Below, piece by piece: positions 28,172-38,281 of a DNA stretch of 64,000 bases. The stretch comes from Candidatus Heimdallarchaeum aukensis (GTDB lineage: Archaea > Asgardarchaeota > Heimdallarchaeia > Heimdallarchaeales > Heimdallarchaeaceae), in contig CP084166.1 in NCBI GenBank assembly GCA_021513695.1, positions 1,696,001 to 1,760,000 on the forward strand. The letters run 5' to 3'. Under the pieces are notes generated by a model. It worked only from the letters and a program-made list of their open reading frames with translations, did not search any database and was not told where the DNA came from. Numbering within the stretch: position 1 is the first letter of the stretch; each line of letters begins with the position of its first letter. The position numbers and the translations under genes are program-made.

Positions 28172-29335
28172 ATGAAAAGAGTTTTTGTTATTGGAGTAGG
28201 TCTAACTAAGTTTGGAAAGCATGAACACTTAAGTACAAGAGATCTTTTTTTTCATGCTTCAAAAAAAGCCATCGCAGATGCAAAAATAGATATTAACGAT
28301 GTAGATGGGATATACTTTGGTAATCTCTCTTCTGACAGATTTGAACATCAAGCACATACAGCAGCAATTAATGCTTCAAATTTTTCCTCACGTAATTTTC
28401 CTTCTACAAGGATAGAAGACGCTTGTGCTTCTGGAGGAGTAGCGGTAGCTCAAGCATATTTAGCGATAAAATCGGGTCTTCACGACACAATTCTTGTAGG
28501 CGGAGCAGAAAAGATGACAAATCTAAGTACTCCAGAAGTTACAGATGTTTTAGGTACATGTGCAGATAATATTTTTGAACTCCCACACGGTATAACATTT
28601 CCTGGATTATATGCGTTAATGGCCAGAGCTCATATGCATAAGTACGGAACTACAAAGGAGCATTTGTCAATGGTTGCTGTAAAGAATCACTTTAACGCTT
28701 TAAAGAATCCTTATGCTCAATTTCACAAAGAAATAACTTTAGAAAAAGCGATGAACTCTGTAATTGTTTCAGACCCATTAAATTTGTATGATTGTTCGCC
28801 CATCACTGACGGAGGTGCTGCACTTATATTAACTACAGAGGAAAAAATAAAAAATCTTGACGTCACACCCGTAGAAATTGTAGGTGTGGGGCAAGCTTCT
28901 GATTCTATTAGTTTAGCGAACAGAAAATCACTTACAAGCATTGAAGCAAACAAAATTGCATCAAAACGAGCTTATAATATGGCTGAAATTACTCCAAAAA
29001 ACATAGATGTTGCAGAAGTACATGATTGTTTTACGATTGCGGAAATAATTACCACTGAAGATTTAGGCTTTTTTGAAGAAGGAAAAGGAGGAAAAGCGGT
29101 TGAGGAAGGGATAACGTCTATAGATGGAGATTTACCAATAAATACAGACGGGGGATTAAAAGCCAAAGGTCATCCTATTGGAGCTACAGGAGTTGCTCAG
29201 ATAATTGAACTAGTTCACCAGATCAGAGGAACAGCAGGAGATAGGCAATTAAATGGAGTAAAATACGGACTTGCTCAAAACATGGGCGGTTCTGGGGCAA
29301 CTAGCGTGGTACATATTCTTAAGGAGGTTGATTAA
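28172..29335 (+). CDS. Thiolase (acetyl-CoA C-acetyltransferase, archaeal SCP-x-like type)
   Basis: 387 aa. MKRVFVIGVGLTKFGK N-terminus. Thiolase fold with catalytic Cys region. Followed by the DUF35 partner. Confidence 0.85.
   Translation: MKRVFVIGVGLTKFGKHEHLSTRDLFFHASKKAIADAKIDINDVDGIYFGNLSSDRFEHQAHTAAINASNFSSRNFPSTRIEDACASGGVAVAQAYLAIKSGLHDTILVGGAEKMTNLSTPEVTDVLGTCADNIFELPHGITFPGLYALMARAHMHKYGTTKEHLSMVAVKNHFNALKNPYAQFHKEITLEKAMNSVIVSDPLNLYDCSPITDGGAALILTTEEKIKNLDVTPVEIVGVGQASDSISLANRKSLTSIEANKIASKRAYNMAEITPKNIDVAEVHDCFTIAEIITTEDLGFFEEGKGGKAVEEGITSIDGDLPINTDGGLKAKGHPIGATGVAQIIELVHQIRGTAGDRQLNGVKYGLAQNMGGSGATSVVHILKEVD
29321..29327 (+). promoter_or_regulatory. Shine-Dalgarno-like AAGGAGG, 9 nt upstream of the GTG start of the DUF35 gene, inside the 3' end of the thiolase gene
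   Basis: aaggaggttgattaaaGTG read directly in the sequence. Implies translational coupling of thiolase and DUF35. Confidence 0.4.
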
Positions 29336-29336
29336 A

Positions 29337-29708
29337 GTGGATTCAATTCTAAATAGTTTTATTGACGGACTAAAAAACGAGAAAATTCTATACAATCGGT
29401 GCAATCAGTGTGAAAAAGATTTTCTTCCACCAGCATACCATTGTCCCACTTGTGGTAACGACAAACTAGAAATTAAGGAGGCCAAAAAAGAAGGCACAAT
29501 CGAAACCTTTACTGTTGTTCATGTTGCTCCAACAGATTTTATTGAAGAAGCCCCATATATCGTAGGGATAGTTCAACTCAATAATAATCTAAGAATAATG
29601 GCGCGTATTAAAACTACACAAATTGAGAATATAAGAATAGGAGACAAAGTAAAAGCGGCATTTGATAAAAACAAGCAAGATGTGTCTATTCTTTTCTTTA
29701 CTTTTTAG
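29337..29708 (+). CDS. DUF35 OB-fold/zinc-ribbon protein (thiolase/HMG-CoA synthase scaffold partner)
   Basis: VDSILNSF... with CNQCEKDFLPPAYHCPTCG zinc ribbon followed by OB-fold region. GTG start immediately after the thiolase stop. Confidence 0.7.
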   Translation: MDSILNSFIDGLKNEKILYNRCNQCEKDFLPPAYHCPTCGNDKLEIKEAKKEGTIETFTVVHVAPTDFIEEAPYIVGIVQLNNNLRIMARIKTTQIENIRIGDKVKAAFDKNKQDVSILFFTF

Positions 29709-29712
29709 TTTT

Positions 29713-30111
29713 TTATATTTCTCCTACAAGTTTCAATTGTTTTTTTCCAACTAACGTAATGCACAAAATCCCTTCTTTATGCAACCTTTTTCTCAGATTT
29801 ACATCCGTTGTTGCTACAATTCCATTATATTGTTTGGCCAGACGAATCAATTCATCATCAGTGTGCTCTTCAGTTTTTGATGGTAGAATTTCATATTTTT
29901 GAGCTATTGATAAAGCTAGTTTTGCTTTTTTTTGTACAGCTGATTTTCCGTTATTTATCAAGTTTTGTAGTTCTTTTATCACGACTTCTGGTATGACTAC
30001 TTTTAAAGAAAAAGGGAGAGTTTCTAATTGTCCTAAGTTTACTTTTTTCTCTGCTGGTAACATCAAGATACAACTATCTAGAAGTATTAACCGTTTTTTT
30101 GTTGAGATCAT
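29713..30111 (-). CDS. PIN-domain nuclease (Fcf1/Utp24-like), conserved downstream partner of aIF2-gamma
   Basis: LILLDSCILM...VATTDVNLRKRL acidic PIN residues. 4-bp overlap with the aIF2-gamma gene. Confidence 0.6.
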   Translation of the reverse strand: MISTKKRLILLDSCILMLPAEKKVNLGQLETLPFSLKVVIPEVVIKELQNLINNGKSAVQKKAKLALSIAQKYEILPSKTEEHTDDELIRLAKQYNGIVATTDVNLRKRLHKEGILCITLVGKKQLKLVGEI

Positions 30112-31391
30112 TTGTCATCAATTATTTCTCCAACTCCAATTAGACGGAATCTTCTTTGAATCCTTCGGGATATAGCAACTTTTTCTTTAACTCGTGAAGC
30201 TATTTCTCTTGTTAACTTAACTTTTACCCAATCCCCTTTAATATCTGTAATTACACCAGCAGTTTTAGCCGTCCCAACATTTAACATTAAAGTTTCATTT
30301 TTAGCTAATGGTTGAACCTCTGTAATTTCTTCAGAACCCACAACATATTTCATCAGTTGAACTTTCATTGTTAACTCGCTAAGTATTGGTGGCGAATGAC
30401 CTGGAGAAGTTACAATGTTTCCAGACATTTTGTCAGCTCTAGCAAAAGATGGATCCAAATCTGTTCCTAATCCAACTAATCCACCAGGATGAGCAATGTC
30501 TGTAAATCCTTGGTCTCCAATTGCAATACTTACCACTTTGGTCTTTATTGGAACATATTCGGTTTTTTTACCTCTTTTAAGAGAAAGACCAGGTACAATC
30601 TCAATTTCATCACCAACTCTTACCACTCCACTCTTAATAGAGCCACCTAACACTGCTCCCTTGAGTTTTTTGGGTTTTGTCCCTGGCCGATTGATATCAA
30701 AAGAACGTGCAACATGCATTTCAAATGGGCTTTCTTCATCTACTTTAGGACTTGGTATAGTTTCCTCAATTGCTTTAATTAGTAGATCTAAATTTGCTTT
30801 ATGCATTGCACTAATTGGAATAATAGGAGCATTTTCAGCGATTGTTCCTTTTATAAAATCCTTTATCTGTTGATAGTTTTTCTTTGCTTGTTCCTCTGAT
30901 ACAAGTTCAATTTTATTTTGAGCTATTACAATATTTGAGATACCTAAAATTTCCATAGCAGCTAGATGCTCACGAGTTTGAGGTTGAGGACACTCTGTAT
31001 TAGCTGCAATAAGTAGAATTGCACCATCCATTATATTTGCTCCAGAAAGGAGTGTTGCCATGAGTATTTCATGACCAGGACAATCAACAAAAGAGACTTT
31101 TCGTAATAATTCTGTCTCAACTTTATGAATAGGACATATTTTCTCTGTGGTGTAACACTCAGGGTCACTACATTGAGGACACTTTCTAAATTCAGCATCT
31201 GCATACCCAAGTCTTATGGAAATTCCTCTTTTTAATTCTTCTGAGTGGGTATCAGGAAATTTTCCAGAAAGAGCTTGAACTAGCGTTGATTTACCATTAT
31301 CTACATGTCCAATTGTCCCGATATTTACTTCAGCTTGGATAATAGGCTCACTCTTTTTATTAGACGGTGTGTTCTTTTGTTCTTTGCTCAT
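30108..31391 (-). CDS. eif2g: Translation initiation factor aIF2 gamma subunit
   Basis: GHVDNGKST G1 motif, zinc knuckle CPQCSDPECY...C, EF-Tu-like domains II/III. Confidence 0.95.
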   Translation of the reverse strand: MSKEQKNTPSNKKSEPIIQAEVNIGTIGHVDNGKSTLVQALSGKFPDTHSEELKRGISIRLGYADAEFRKCPQCSDPECYTTEKICPIHKVETELLRKVSFVDCPGHEILMATLLSGANIMDGAILLIAANTECPQPQTREHLAAMEILGISNIVIAQNKIELVSEEQAKKNYQQIKDFIKGTIAENAPIIPISAMHKANLDLLIKAIEETIPSPKVDEESPFEMHVARSFDINRPGTKPKKLKGAVLGGSIKSGVVRVGDEIEIVPGLSLKRGKKTEYVPIKTKVVSIAIGDQGFTDIAHPGGLVGLGTDLDPSFARADKMSGNIVTSPGHSPPILSELTMKVQLMKYVVGSEEITEVQPLAKNETLMLNVGTAKTAGVITDIKGDWVKVKLTREIASRVKEKVAISRRIQRRFRLIGVGEIIDDK

Positions 31392-31883
31392 CTTAAGTCT
31401 TTATTATCTACTGGATTAATATAGTTAATGGTGTTTAACCATGCTAAATTTTTGTTTACATATTTTATAGGATAGTTGCATACAAAAAAATAGGAAAATA
31501 CATGAAAAGAAAAAAAAATAATACGTATTAAATAATGATTTCTAATTATCATGCAAAAACAGCAACAAAAAAAATAAACAACTCATTTTTTGAACTAATA
31601 CAGAGATATTCATTAATTTTTAATCAACTATTTAATAGATAGTTGGTTTGTTTTTCAGTCCATCACACCGAAATAGAACAATTTTACAAATTTCCTGCAA
31701 AAATTTAAACATCAAGAATAATTATTATTTTTTTCTTGTAAAAAATAGATGCAAGATAAAAAATTTCACGAGTTATGCCATTTTCACTAGTTTAAACTAT
31801 TTAAACCAGCGTTTTTGGTAAAAGGATTTAAAAAGACAACTGAAAACGTTAATTTAACCTACAAAAAGGGATGTATCTGAAAA

Positions 31884-32144
31884 ATGGCAATTTCTTCAGG
31901 AACAACAAACCTAAATTTAGATACGCAGAAAATTGAACTGCTAGAAAAACTACCTCCAAGCGCAAGAAGAGTTTTTAAGATCGTGAAAGAAAAAGGCCCA
32001 ATTACGAGTGCTGAAATTGTAGAAATCTGCAATTTGGCGCCACGAACTGTTAGACATGGACTTAAGCTACTTGTAAGAGCTGGCCTAATAGAGAAACTAC
32101 CTCACTTATTAGATATGAGATCAAGTAAATTTTATTGTGAATAA
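31884..32144 (+). CDS. Small winged-helix DNA-binding protein (MarR/TrmB-like)
   Basis: 86 aa, PITSAEIVEICNLAPRTVRHGLKLLVRAGLIEK HTH. Confidence 0.5.
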   Translation: MAISSGTTNLNLDTQKIELLEKLPPSARRVFKIVKEKGPITSAEIVEICNLAPRTVRHGLKLLVRAGLIEKLPHLLDMRSSKFYCE

Positions 32145-32290
32145 ATCCATCAAACTATTTATTTTAATTTTTAAAATATCTATTTTTGTTTTCTCTTTTA
32201 GAAATACACTTACGGATACTCAAAAATTTTTTTCAATTTAGATGTTTGATTTTTTCAAAAAGCTTTAATTTGATTAAATTTCAATTGAAA

Positions 32291-33496
32291 ATGAATATCA
32301 TGTTAATAGGAATTGTAGGAAAACCAAGTGCTGGAAAAAGTACATTTCTCAATGCACTTACCATGGTTGGAGCTAAAACTGGCTCTTACCCTTTTACGAC
32401 TATTGAACCAAATAGAGGAACTGCTTATGTAAGAACAAAATGTAAATGTACAGAATTAGGTGTCAAAGATAATCCAAAAAATAGCATCTGTGAAAATGGT
32501 TTTCGTTTTTTACCTATTCAATTTTTAGATGTTGCGGGTCTTGTTCCAGGTGCATCTGAAGGGAGGGGATTAGGAAATAAATTCTTGGACGATTTACGTC
32601 AAGCTGATTTGTTGATTCATGTTGTTGATGCAAGTGGATCGTTAGATGCCGAAGGGAATCAAGTGGATAAAGGTAGCTGGGATCCATTGAAGGATGTTGA
32701 GTTTTTGGAAAAAGAAATCGATTCTTGGATTAAGAACATAATTACTCGTGATTATGTAGGAATGAAAAAAAAGGCTGAAGCAGAAAAGATAAGGCTATCA
32801 AAGTTATTAACTGAAAAACTTTCTGGATTAAAAATTTCTCCTTCTGATATTTCATCAGCTATCCTCGAATCAGACATCGTTGATGATGACCCTAAAACAT
32901 GGGATGAAAATCTGGATAATCTTGTTACTATAATTCGAAAAAAATCCAAACCTATAATCGTAGTAGCGAACAAGATTGATCAAGAAACAGCACACAAAAA
33001 CTATGAAAGAATGAAAGAAATTCTAAAAGAAGATGTTTTTCCTGCTTCTGCACTTTCTGAGGTCGTATTGAGATCAGAGCAAGAAAAGGGTACTATTAGT
33101 TATACCCCTGGAGATTCGGATTTTAAAATATTAGATGAAGAAAAGTTGGGGAAGAAAAAAGAAATTTTGTTAAAGATAAAACATGAAATTTTAGAGAGAT
33201 ATGGATCAACTGGCATTCAAAAAATACTAAATTATATCGTATTTGATAAAATGAAAATGATTGTTGTATATCCTGTTGAGGACTTAACAAAGTACACTGA
33301 CAAAGATGGAAATGTCCTACCTGATGCTTTTTTAGTTCCGAAAGGTACTACAACTATTGAGTTTGCAGGAAAAATACATTCTGACTTTGCAAAAAACTTC
33401 ATCAATGGACAACTAGCCCCCTCGGGAAGAAGAGTTGGAGCAGATTATGAATTACAAAACAACGATATTATAAAGATAAATGCAGCAGTAAAATAA
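32291..33496 (+). CDS. Obg-family P-loop GTPase/ATPase (YchF/OLA1/Ygr210-like) with C-terminal TGS domain
   Basis: GIVGKPSAGKSTFLNALT, FLDVAGLVPGASEGRGLGNKFLDDLRQADLLIHVVDASG. C-terminal TGS-like GDIIKINAAVK. The ORF-track start at 32186 precedes the real ATG (MNIMLIGIVGKPS). Confidence 0.8.
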   Translation: MNIMLIGIVGKPSAGKSTFLNALTMVGAKTGSYPFTTIEPNRGTAYVRTKCKCTELGVKDNPKNSICENGFRFLPIQFLDVAGLVPGASEGRGLGNKFLDDLRQADLLIHVVDASGSLDAEGNQVDKGSWDPLKDVEFLEKEIDSWIKNIITRDYVGMKKKAEAEKIRLSKLLTEKLSGLKISPSDISSAILESDIVDDDPKTWDENLDNLVTIIRKKSKPIIVVANKIDQETAHKNYERMKEILKEDVFPASALSEVVLRSEQEKGTISYTPGDSDFKILDEEKLGKKKEILLKIKHEILERYGSTGIQKILNYIVFDKMKMIVVYPVEDLTKYTDKDGNVLPDAFLVPKGTTTIEFAGKIHSDFAKNFINGQLAPSGRRVGADYELQNNDIIKINAAVK

Positions 33497-33560
33497 ACTT
33501 ATTGCAATATAACAAGTAAATAAGGAATAAATAAGAAAAAATGACTATAAGTTAAAATCT

Positions 33561-35858
33561 TTAAAGTTCATAATCATGGGTATGAAACATTACATCGCGG
33601 TTTACAGCTGCTTTAAACATCTGTAGAAGTAATTCATTGTCTGTTCTAATTGCTACAGGCACAGCATCTGGCACCAAAAATGCAAAGATTGCTTCGTCAA
33701 AACCATCCTTAATACCACAGAAAACATCCTTTTTATCGTATTGTCTTAATTTCAAACCTACAAATCGTTCTTTCAAGTTAATTAGAGCATTTCTAAATTT
33801 TCCAGAAGAAAAATCAGAAACAAGTGTTACTCTATTTGCTTTGGTGAACATTGCCATTTCTTCTAACAATGATTCTTCCAGATACGGTGTTATTACTAAC
33901 AACTCTCTACTAGCTCGCATACTTAAATCAGTTAAACTTGCAAGAATTGCTTCTTCCCCAACAATCACTGATACATTGTGATGTCCTCGAATGTTAATAG
34001 AATTTGCTGCTTTATCAATCTGCTTTAACTCACCCTCTCTTGTATTTATTATTTGATAATAGGCTGATGCTTTTTCTTGTAACAAAGCGAGTGTTTCCAT
34101 TATTGCTTCATCAACATCCTTGATAACAGAAGCTACTTGAGCAACAATAGTATCTATTTGTACTTCTTCTGCCTCAATTATTTTAGATGTCAGTTGTTCC
34201 TTTATTTCTTCTGTTTTTTCTTCCATAATTTTTATATCATTGTTTATATGATTCGCAATTTTGTCTTTAGTCTTTAACACTTTGCTTGAAAAGTCTTTAT
34301 CAAACATGGCCAATTTTTCTTTGAAATCTCCACCAATTTTTTTAATATCATCTTTTGTTTTATTTAACTCTGTATTCACTTCATTCTTGAAATCTATCAT
34401 TGTTTTTGAATGCTCATCATGGAACTGCTGGACATTTCCTATAATGTTCGACGAAGTGTTGTCCATACTTTCGGAAATAGTCTTGATTAAATTTGAACTA
34501 ACATCTCTACATGATTCGTAAGAAGAGGTTACATATTTCTCGACTTCATTTTGGATTTTGTTCAGAAGTTCATCAGGGAGGAGTTCTATTTTTTCAGTTG
34601 TTTCTGCTATTATTTTACTCTTTTTTGTTTTAATACTTGTTACTCCACTTAGTTGAAAATGATCAATTTTTTCACGTAGTTTATCTTTTGTTTCGTTAAT
34701 TTTTAAGACGTGTTGATCTACTATTTGGAGACCACTTTCTGAAAAATTATTAGCAAGCAACCTCATTCCATCTCTTACTTCCTGTAGTTTCTCGATTAAC
34801 GGGCTTGCTTTCTTTTTCTTCAGATCTTCTGCGAGATGTAAAGCATCAACTATAGTAGAAGAAAGTTTGTTTATGTTTCTATCAATTTGTTCTACAGATC
34901 TTCTTAGTTCTTGTGTTTGGCGAGTTTGTTCTGTTAAGATGAGATTAATATCTTGCTGCAAGGATTCAGCCAGGTTACGACTCTCCTTAATCCAAGCTTC
35001 AAAAGTATCTTCCCATATTCTTCTATATTCTTTTAGAAACTCTTGTTGTAATTCATTTGCATAGTTTAAATGTTCCTTCAAGACATTATCAAGTTCTGGT
35101 GCAAACTTATCTAAAAAATCTTTATGATTCTCCGTATGTGACTCAAGACCATTCTTTAAGATTTTAAATAATTCTGAAAAATTAGCTGAAAGCTGTTGTT
35201 CTATATTTTTTTTGTTTAATTCACTTCTTTTTTTTGCAGAATGTTCAAACTGTTTTATGAAAGCATCTAATTCTTGCAAATAAGACTCCATTCTGAGAGA
35301 TATGGCAATAGATTGGTTCTGAGCTTCTGCAATTTCTTTAGAAATCAAATTAACTGTTTCATCAAGGATATTAAATGATTCATTTTCTATTGCTTCAGTC
35401 ATTTCTACAAATTGAGAATTAACAGAATCAGTAAGTTGCTTTATTAACCCACTTACAATATGGATATCAAATATGTGCTCATCACTTGAAGTATCTAGTT
35501 TACCACCAAATTGCTTTCGTTTTTCTTTATAAGATGCTGCGTCATTCTTTAAACTATTTATTATTCCTTCAATTGCATATAATGTATCACGTTCTACTGT
35601 TATATATTGTTTCAAAAAAGGAAAAACAGCGAGATATTGTGGAGTTAAACCTTGAATTTTTTTAAGAAAACCGATCTCTTCCAGATTTCTTACTGACTGA
35701 ACTGTTGATAGAGCATCTAGTTGAGTTATAACCATGATTTCGCCTATCGTCGCTTTTCCTAAGCCAAGTATTGTTGTATATATTTTTATATCATTTTCAT
35801 TTAGACCAATTCTGGTTAATAATGGAGGTAATATGTTAACATCACTCATTTGTTTCAC
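33561..35858 (-). CDS. Large coiled-coil protein with N-terminal TrmB-type winged helix and C-terminal globular domain
   Basis: N-terminus LLTRIGLNENDIKIYTTILGLGKATIGEIMVITQLDALSTVQSVRNLEEIGFL..PQYLAVFP closely follows the TrmB wHTH pattern. ~500 aa of heptad-rich sequence. ~130 aa non-repetitive C-terminus. Confidence 0.5.
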   Translation of the reverse strand: MKQMSDVNILPPLLTRIGLNENDIKIYTTILGLGKATIGEIMVITQLDALSTVQSVRNLEEIGFLKKIQGLTPQYLAVFPFLKQYITVERDTLYAIEGIINSLKNDAASYKEKRKQFGGKLDTSSDEHIFDIHIVSGLIKQLTDSVNSQFVEMTEAIENESFNILDETVNLISKEIAEAQNQSIAISLRMESYLQELDAFIKQFEHSAKKRSELNKKNIEQQLSANFSELFKILKNGLESHTENHKDFLDKFAPELDNVLKEHLNYANELQQEFLKEYRRIWEDTFEAWIKESRNLAESLQQDINLILTEQTRQTQELRRSVEQIDRNINKLSSTIVDALHLAEDLKKKKASPLIEKLQEVRDGMRLLANNFSESGLQIVDQHVLKINETKDKLREKIDHFQLSGVTSIKTKKSKIIAETTEKIELLPDELLNKIQNEVEKYVTSSYESCRDVSSNLIKTISESMDNTSSNIIGNVQQFHDEHSKTMIDFKNEVNTELNKTKDDIKKIGGDFKEKLAMFDKDFSSKVLKTKDKIANHINNDIKIMEEKTEEIKEQLTSKIIEAEEVQIDTIVAQVASVIKDVDEAIMETLALLQEKASAYYQIINTREGELKQIDKAANSINIRGHHNVSVIVGEEAILASLTDLSMRASRELLVITPYLEESLLEEMAMFTKANRVTLVSDFSSGKFRNALINLKERFVGLKLRQYDKKDVFCGIKDGFDEAIFAFLVPDAVPVAIRTDNELLLQMFKAAVNRDVMFHTHDYEL

Positions 35859-36061
35859 TCACATATAAATTAAATTTTATTTATTCTTTTATCTCTAATG
35901 TCATATTAAGCAGTATAGATTTTAAATTTTTGTTCTCAAAAACAGAAAGCAGTTATAAAAAATACTGATTATATCTTGCCCTCTTTTAACTTACTATCAG
36001 CTATAAATATGTTATTTAGAAATACACTATAGTTATAGTAAAAAGTGGGATAAAAAGAAAA

Positions 36062-36625
36062 TTAAGCATATAGTTTCTCATAGAAAAGTACAATGTTTTT
36101 TAGCAGAGTTTTAAATGCTTCGTCCACGTTTTCACCAGTCTTTGCTGAAGTTTCAATATATGGAACTGCAAAACCTGACCAAGCTGATAACGATCTTGCA
36201 TATTCTTCTGCTTGTTCCCGTAAAATGGGGTCTTTTGCTGTGTCCCTTAAATCAGATTTATTTCCAATTAAAACAATTGGAACAACACGATTATGATTAT
36301 TTTTTAATAGTTCTGCAATCCACGCAGGTATGTTCTCAAAAGATGACCTACGAGATATATCAAAAACAAGCAGGCAACCAGATGTTCCACGATAATATAC
36401 CTCCCGTACTGCTGAAAATCTTTGTTGCCCAGCTAAATCCCATATTTGTGCTACAAAATCCTGTTGATCTATTTTCAATCTTTTTACCGCAAAATCTGCA
36501 CCTATTGTCATACTATATCCTTCTTTAAACCCCTCACCTAGGTATGTTTTTCTGAGTGATGTTTTTCCTACAGCACCGTCACCGAGTAATGTTACTTTGA
36601 AAATTTTTCGCTGTGATGAACTCAT
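36062..36625 (-). CDS. Ras/Rab-like small GTPase
   Basis: G1 GDGAVGKTS, switch II WDLAGQQRF (DxxGQ), G4 GNKSDL, G5 ETSAKTG. 187 aa. No CaaX. Confidence 0.8.
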   Translation of the reverse strand: MSSSQRKIFKVTLLGDGAVGKTSLRKTYLGEGFKEGYSMTIGADFAVKRLKIDQQDFVAQIWDLAGQQRFSAVREVYYRGTSGCLLVFDISRRSSFENIPAWIAELLKNNHNRVVPIVLIGNKSDLRDTAKDPILREQAEEYARSLSAWSGFAVPYIETSAKTGENVDEAFKTLLKNIVLFYEKLYA

Positions 36626-36835
36626 TATTTATTCCCCAATTAACTCCAATTAGTAATGACTAAATTAACACTATAAATTAATTACTTTGTAATGCTTTAA
36701 ATATTTTGCTTACTAGGAAAAGTTTTTTCAAACAATTGTAAAAAAAACAAAAATTCAAGTTTCAAAAACCATGACTGAAAAAAATAAGAAATTTTGTGAG
36801 GACAAGATAATTAAGCTTAAAAGTTTCTGAAAAAT

Positions 36836-37522
36836 ATGAAAAATATGAACAAGTTAGCTAATGTCGTTCTTGAAAGACTTTTAGAACACTATGACATCAA
36901 AAAAAAGGAATTTTTGAATAATTATTCAACTCCCTTTCAGTTACTAGTTGCAGCATTATTAAGTGCTCAAAGCACTGACAAACAAGTGAACACTGTTACT
37001 AACCAACTCTTTAAAAGATATCCAGATCCCCAATCTTTTGCACAATCATCTCCAGAAGAGATAGAACAATATATTAAAAGCGTGGGACTTTACAAGACTA
37101 AAGCCCGAAATATCCATAATCTTTCTAAAGTTTTACTAAGTGAATATAACTCTTCGGTACCTAAAACAATTTCAGAACTAATAAAATTGCCAGGAATTGG
37201 AAGAAAAACAGCTAATGTTGTTTTAAATGATTGGTTTCAAATAAATGAAGGAATAGCAGTAGATACTCATGTGCAAAGAATTAGTTATCGTATAGGCTTA
37301 ACAAAGCATACCAATCCAGAAAAAATAGAAAAAGACTTGATGCTTCTTTTTCCAAAAAATAGTTGGGGTATATTGACTCGTTTATTTATTTCACATGGAA
37401 GAGAAATTTGCTTAGCTCGCAATCCAAAGTGTGATAATTGTTTTTTAAGTGATATTTGTAAAAAAAACATTATCAGAAAAAACAAATCAAGTAAAAGAGA
37501 GAAAAATAATATTACTAAATAA
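36836..37522 (+). CDS. nth: Endonuclease III (Nth) HhH-GPD DNA glycosylase with 4Fe-4S cluster
   Basis: LPGIGRKTANVVL HhH-GPD motif. C-terminal CLARNPKCDNCFLSDIC cluster ligands. Confidence 0.9.
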   Translation: MKNMNKLANVVLERLLEHYDIKKKEFLNNYSTPFQLLVAALLSAQSTDKQVNTVTNQLFKRYPDPQSFAQSSPEEIEQYIKSVGLYKTKARNIHNLSKVLLSEYNSSVPKTISELIKLPGIGRKTANVVLNDWFQINEGIAVDTHVQRISYRIGLTKHTNPEKIEKDLMLLFPKNSWGILTRLFISHGREICLARNPKCDNCFLSDICKKNIIRKNKSSKREKNNITK

Positions 37523-38273
37523 CTGTTGTATCAAAATTTGGATCTAGTTCTACGGTATCATCCTCTTTAAGTTGTACTATCTTTATTTTTTCTAATTCCT
37601 TAAGGTATTGTTTTGTTTGACTTAGAGAGATACCTAATACAAAAGATAACTGCATTTGAGAAATTGATTGTAACTGTTTTAACATACTTATTATTTTATA
37701 TCTTGGATCTGTAGAAACTAGTTTTTGTGTTATCTCCTTGACTTTATTCCACTGTTCTTTTTCTTCTTTTAGATTCTTCAATTCTTTTTCAATTTCAGAT
37801 TTTTTTACAGAAAGAGCAACTACTTGATCAGATAATTCATATATTAGTTGTTCTCGTTCTTCTAACATGCTAATAAGTCTAGAAATGTATTCTTTTTGTT
37901 CTTCGACAATGGAAATCTGTTCTTCTTGATTTTCAGTTTCTTCTTGTTTTTTGTACTTCTGTCTATCAAAATCTAATTCTTTTAACAATTTTTCTTTTTC
38001 ATCGACATCAGAAGAACTATAGAATAGTGTAATTAGTCTATAAAACTCTGATTTTATTTCGCTCAAAAGAAATTTGGTGGAACCGTCAATTTGCTCTTTA
38101 ATCATATCAACAATTGAAGTAATTTCAAAAGGAAGATCTTTACTTGTACTTGTTTGTAAAATAGGTGGATATTTTGTTAAACTCTCTTTTAAAGCTTGTA
38201 TTTCATTTGATAATTTTATAATTTCAGTAAGTATTCTCTCTTTTTCATTGTTTTTATTTTCATCTATTGTCAT
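37515..38273 (-). CDS. Coiled-coil protein with C-terminal winged helix (third gene of the Roadblock operon)
   Basis: 252 aa. Central Glu/Lys heptads. C-terminal MQLSFVLGISLSQTKQYLKELEKIKIVQL wHTH. Confidence 0.4.
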   Translation of the reverse strand: MTIDENKNNEKERILTEIIKLSNEIQALKESLTKYPPILQTSTSKDLPFEITSIVDMIKEQIDGSTKFLLSEIKSEFYRLITLFYSSSDVDEKEKLLKELDFDRQKYKKQEETENQEEQISIVEEQKEYISRLISMLEEREQLIYELSDQVVALSVKKSEIEKELKNLKEEKEQWNKVKEITQKLVSTDPRYKIISMLKQLQSISQMQLSFVLGISLSQTKQYLKELEKIKIVQLKEDDTVELDPNFDTTVI

Positions 38274-38281
38274 TTTTCACC

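Noticed and set aside
31392-31883. Unusually long (~490 bp) AT-rich intergenic region between aIF2-gamma and the small wHTH gene
   Set aside because: No ORF, repeat or structured-RNA signature seen. Most likely a divergent promoter region. Long spacers are common upstream of highly expressed archaeal genes.
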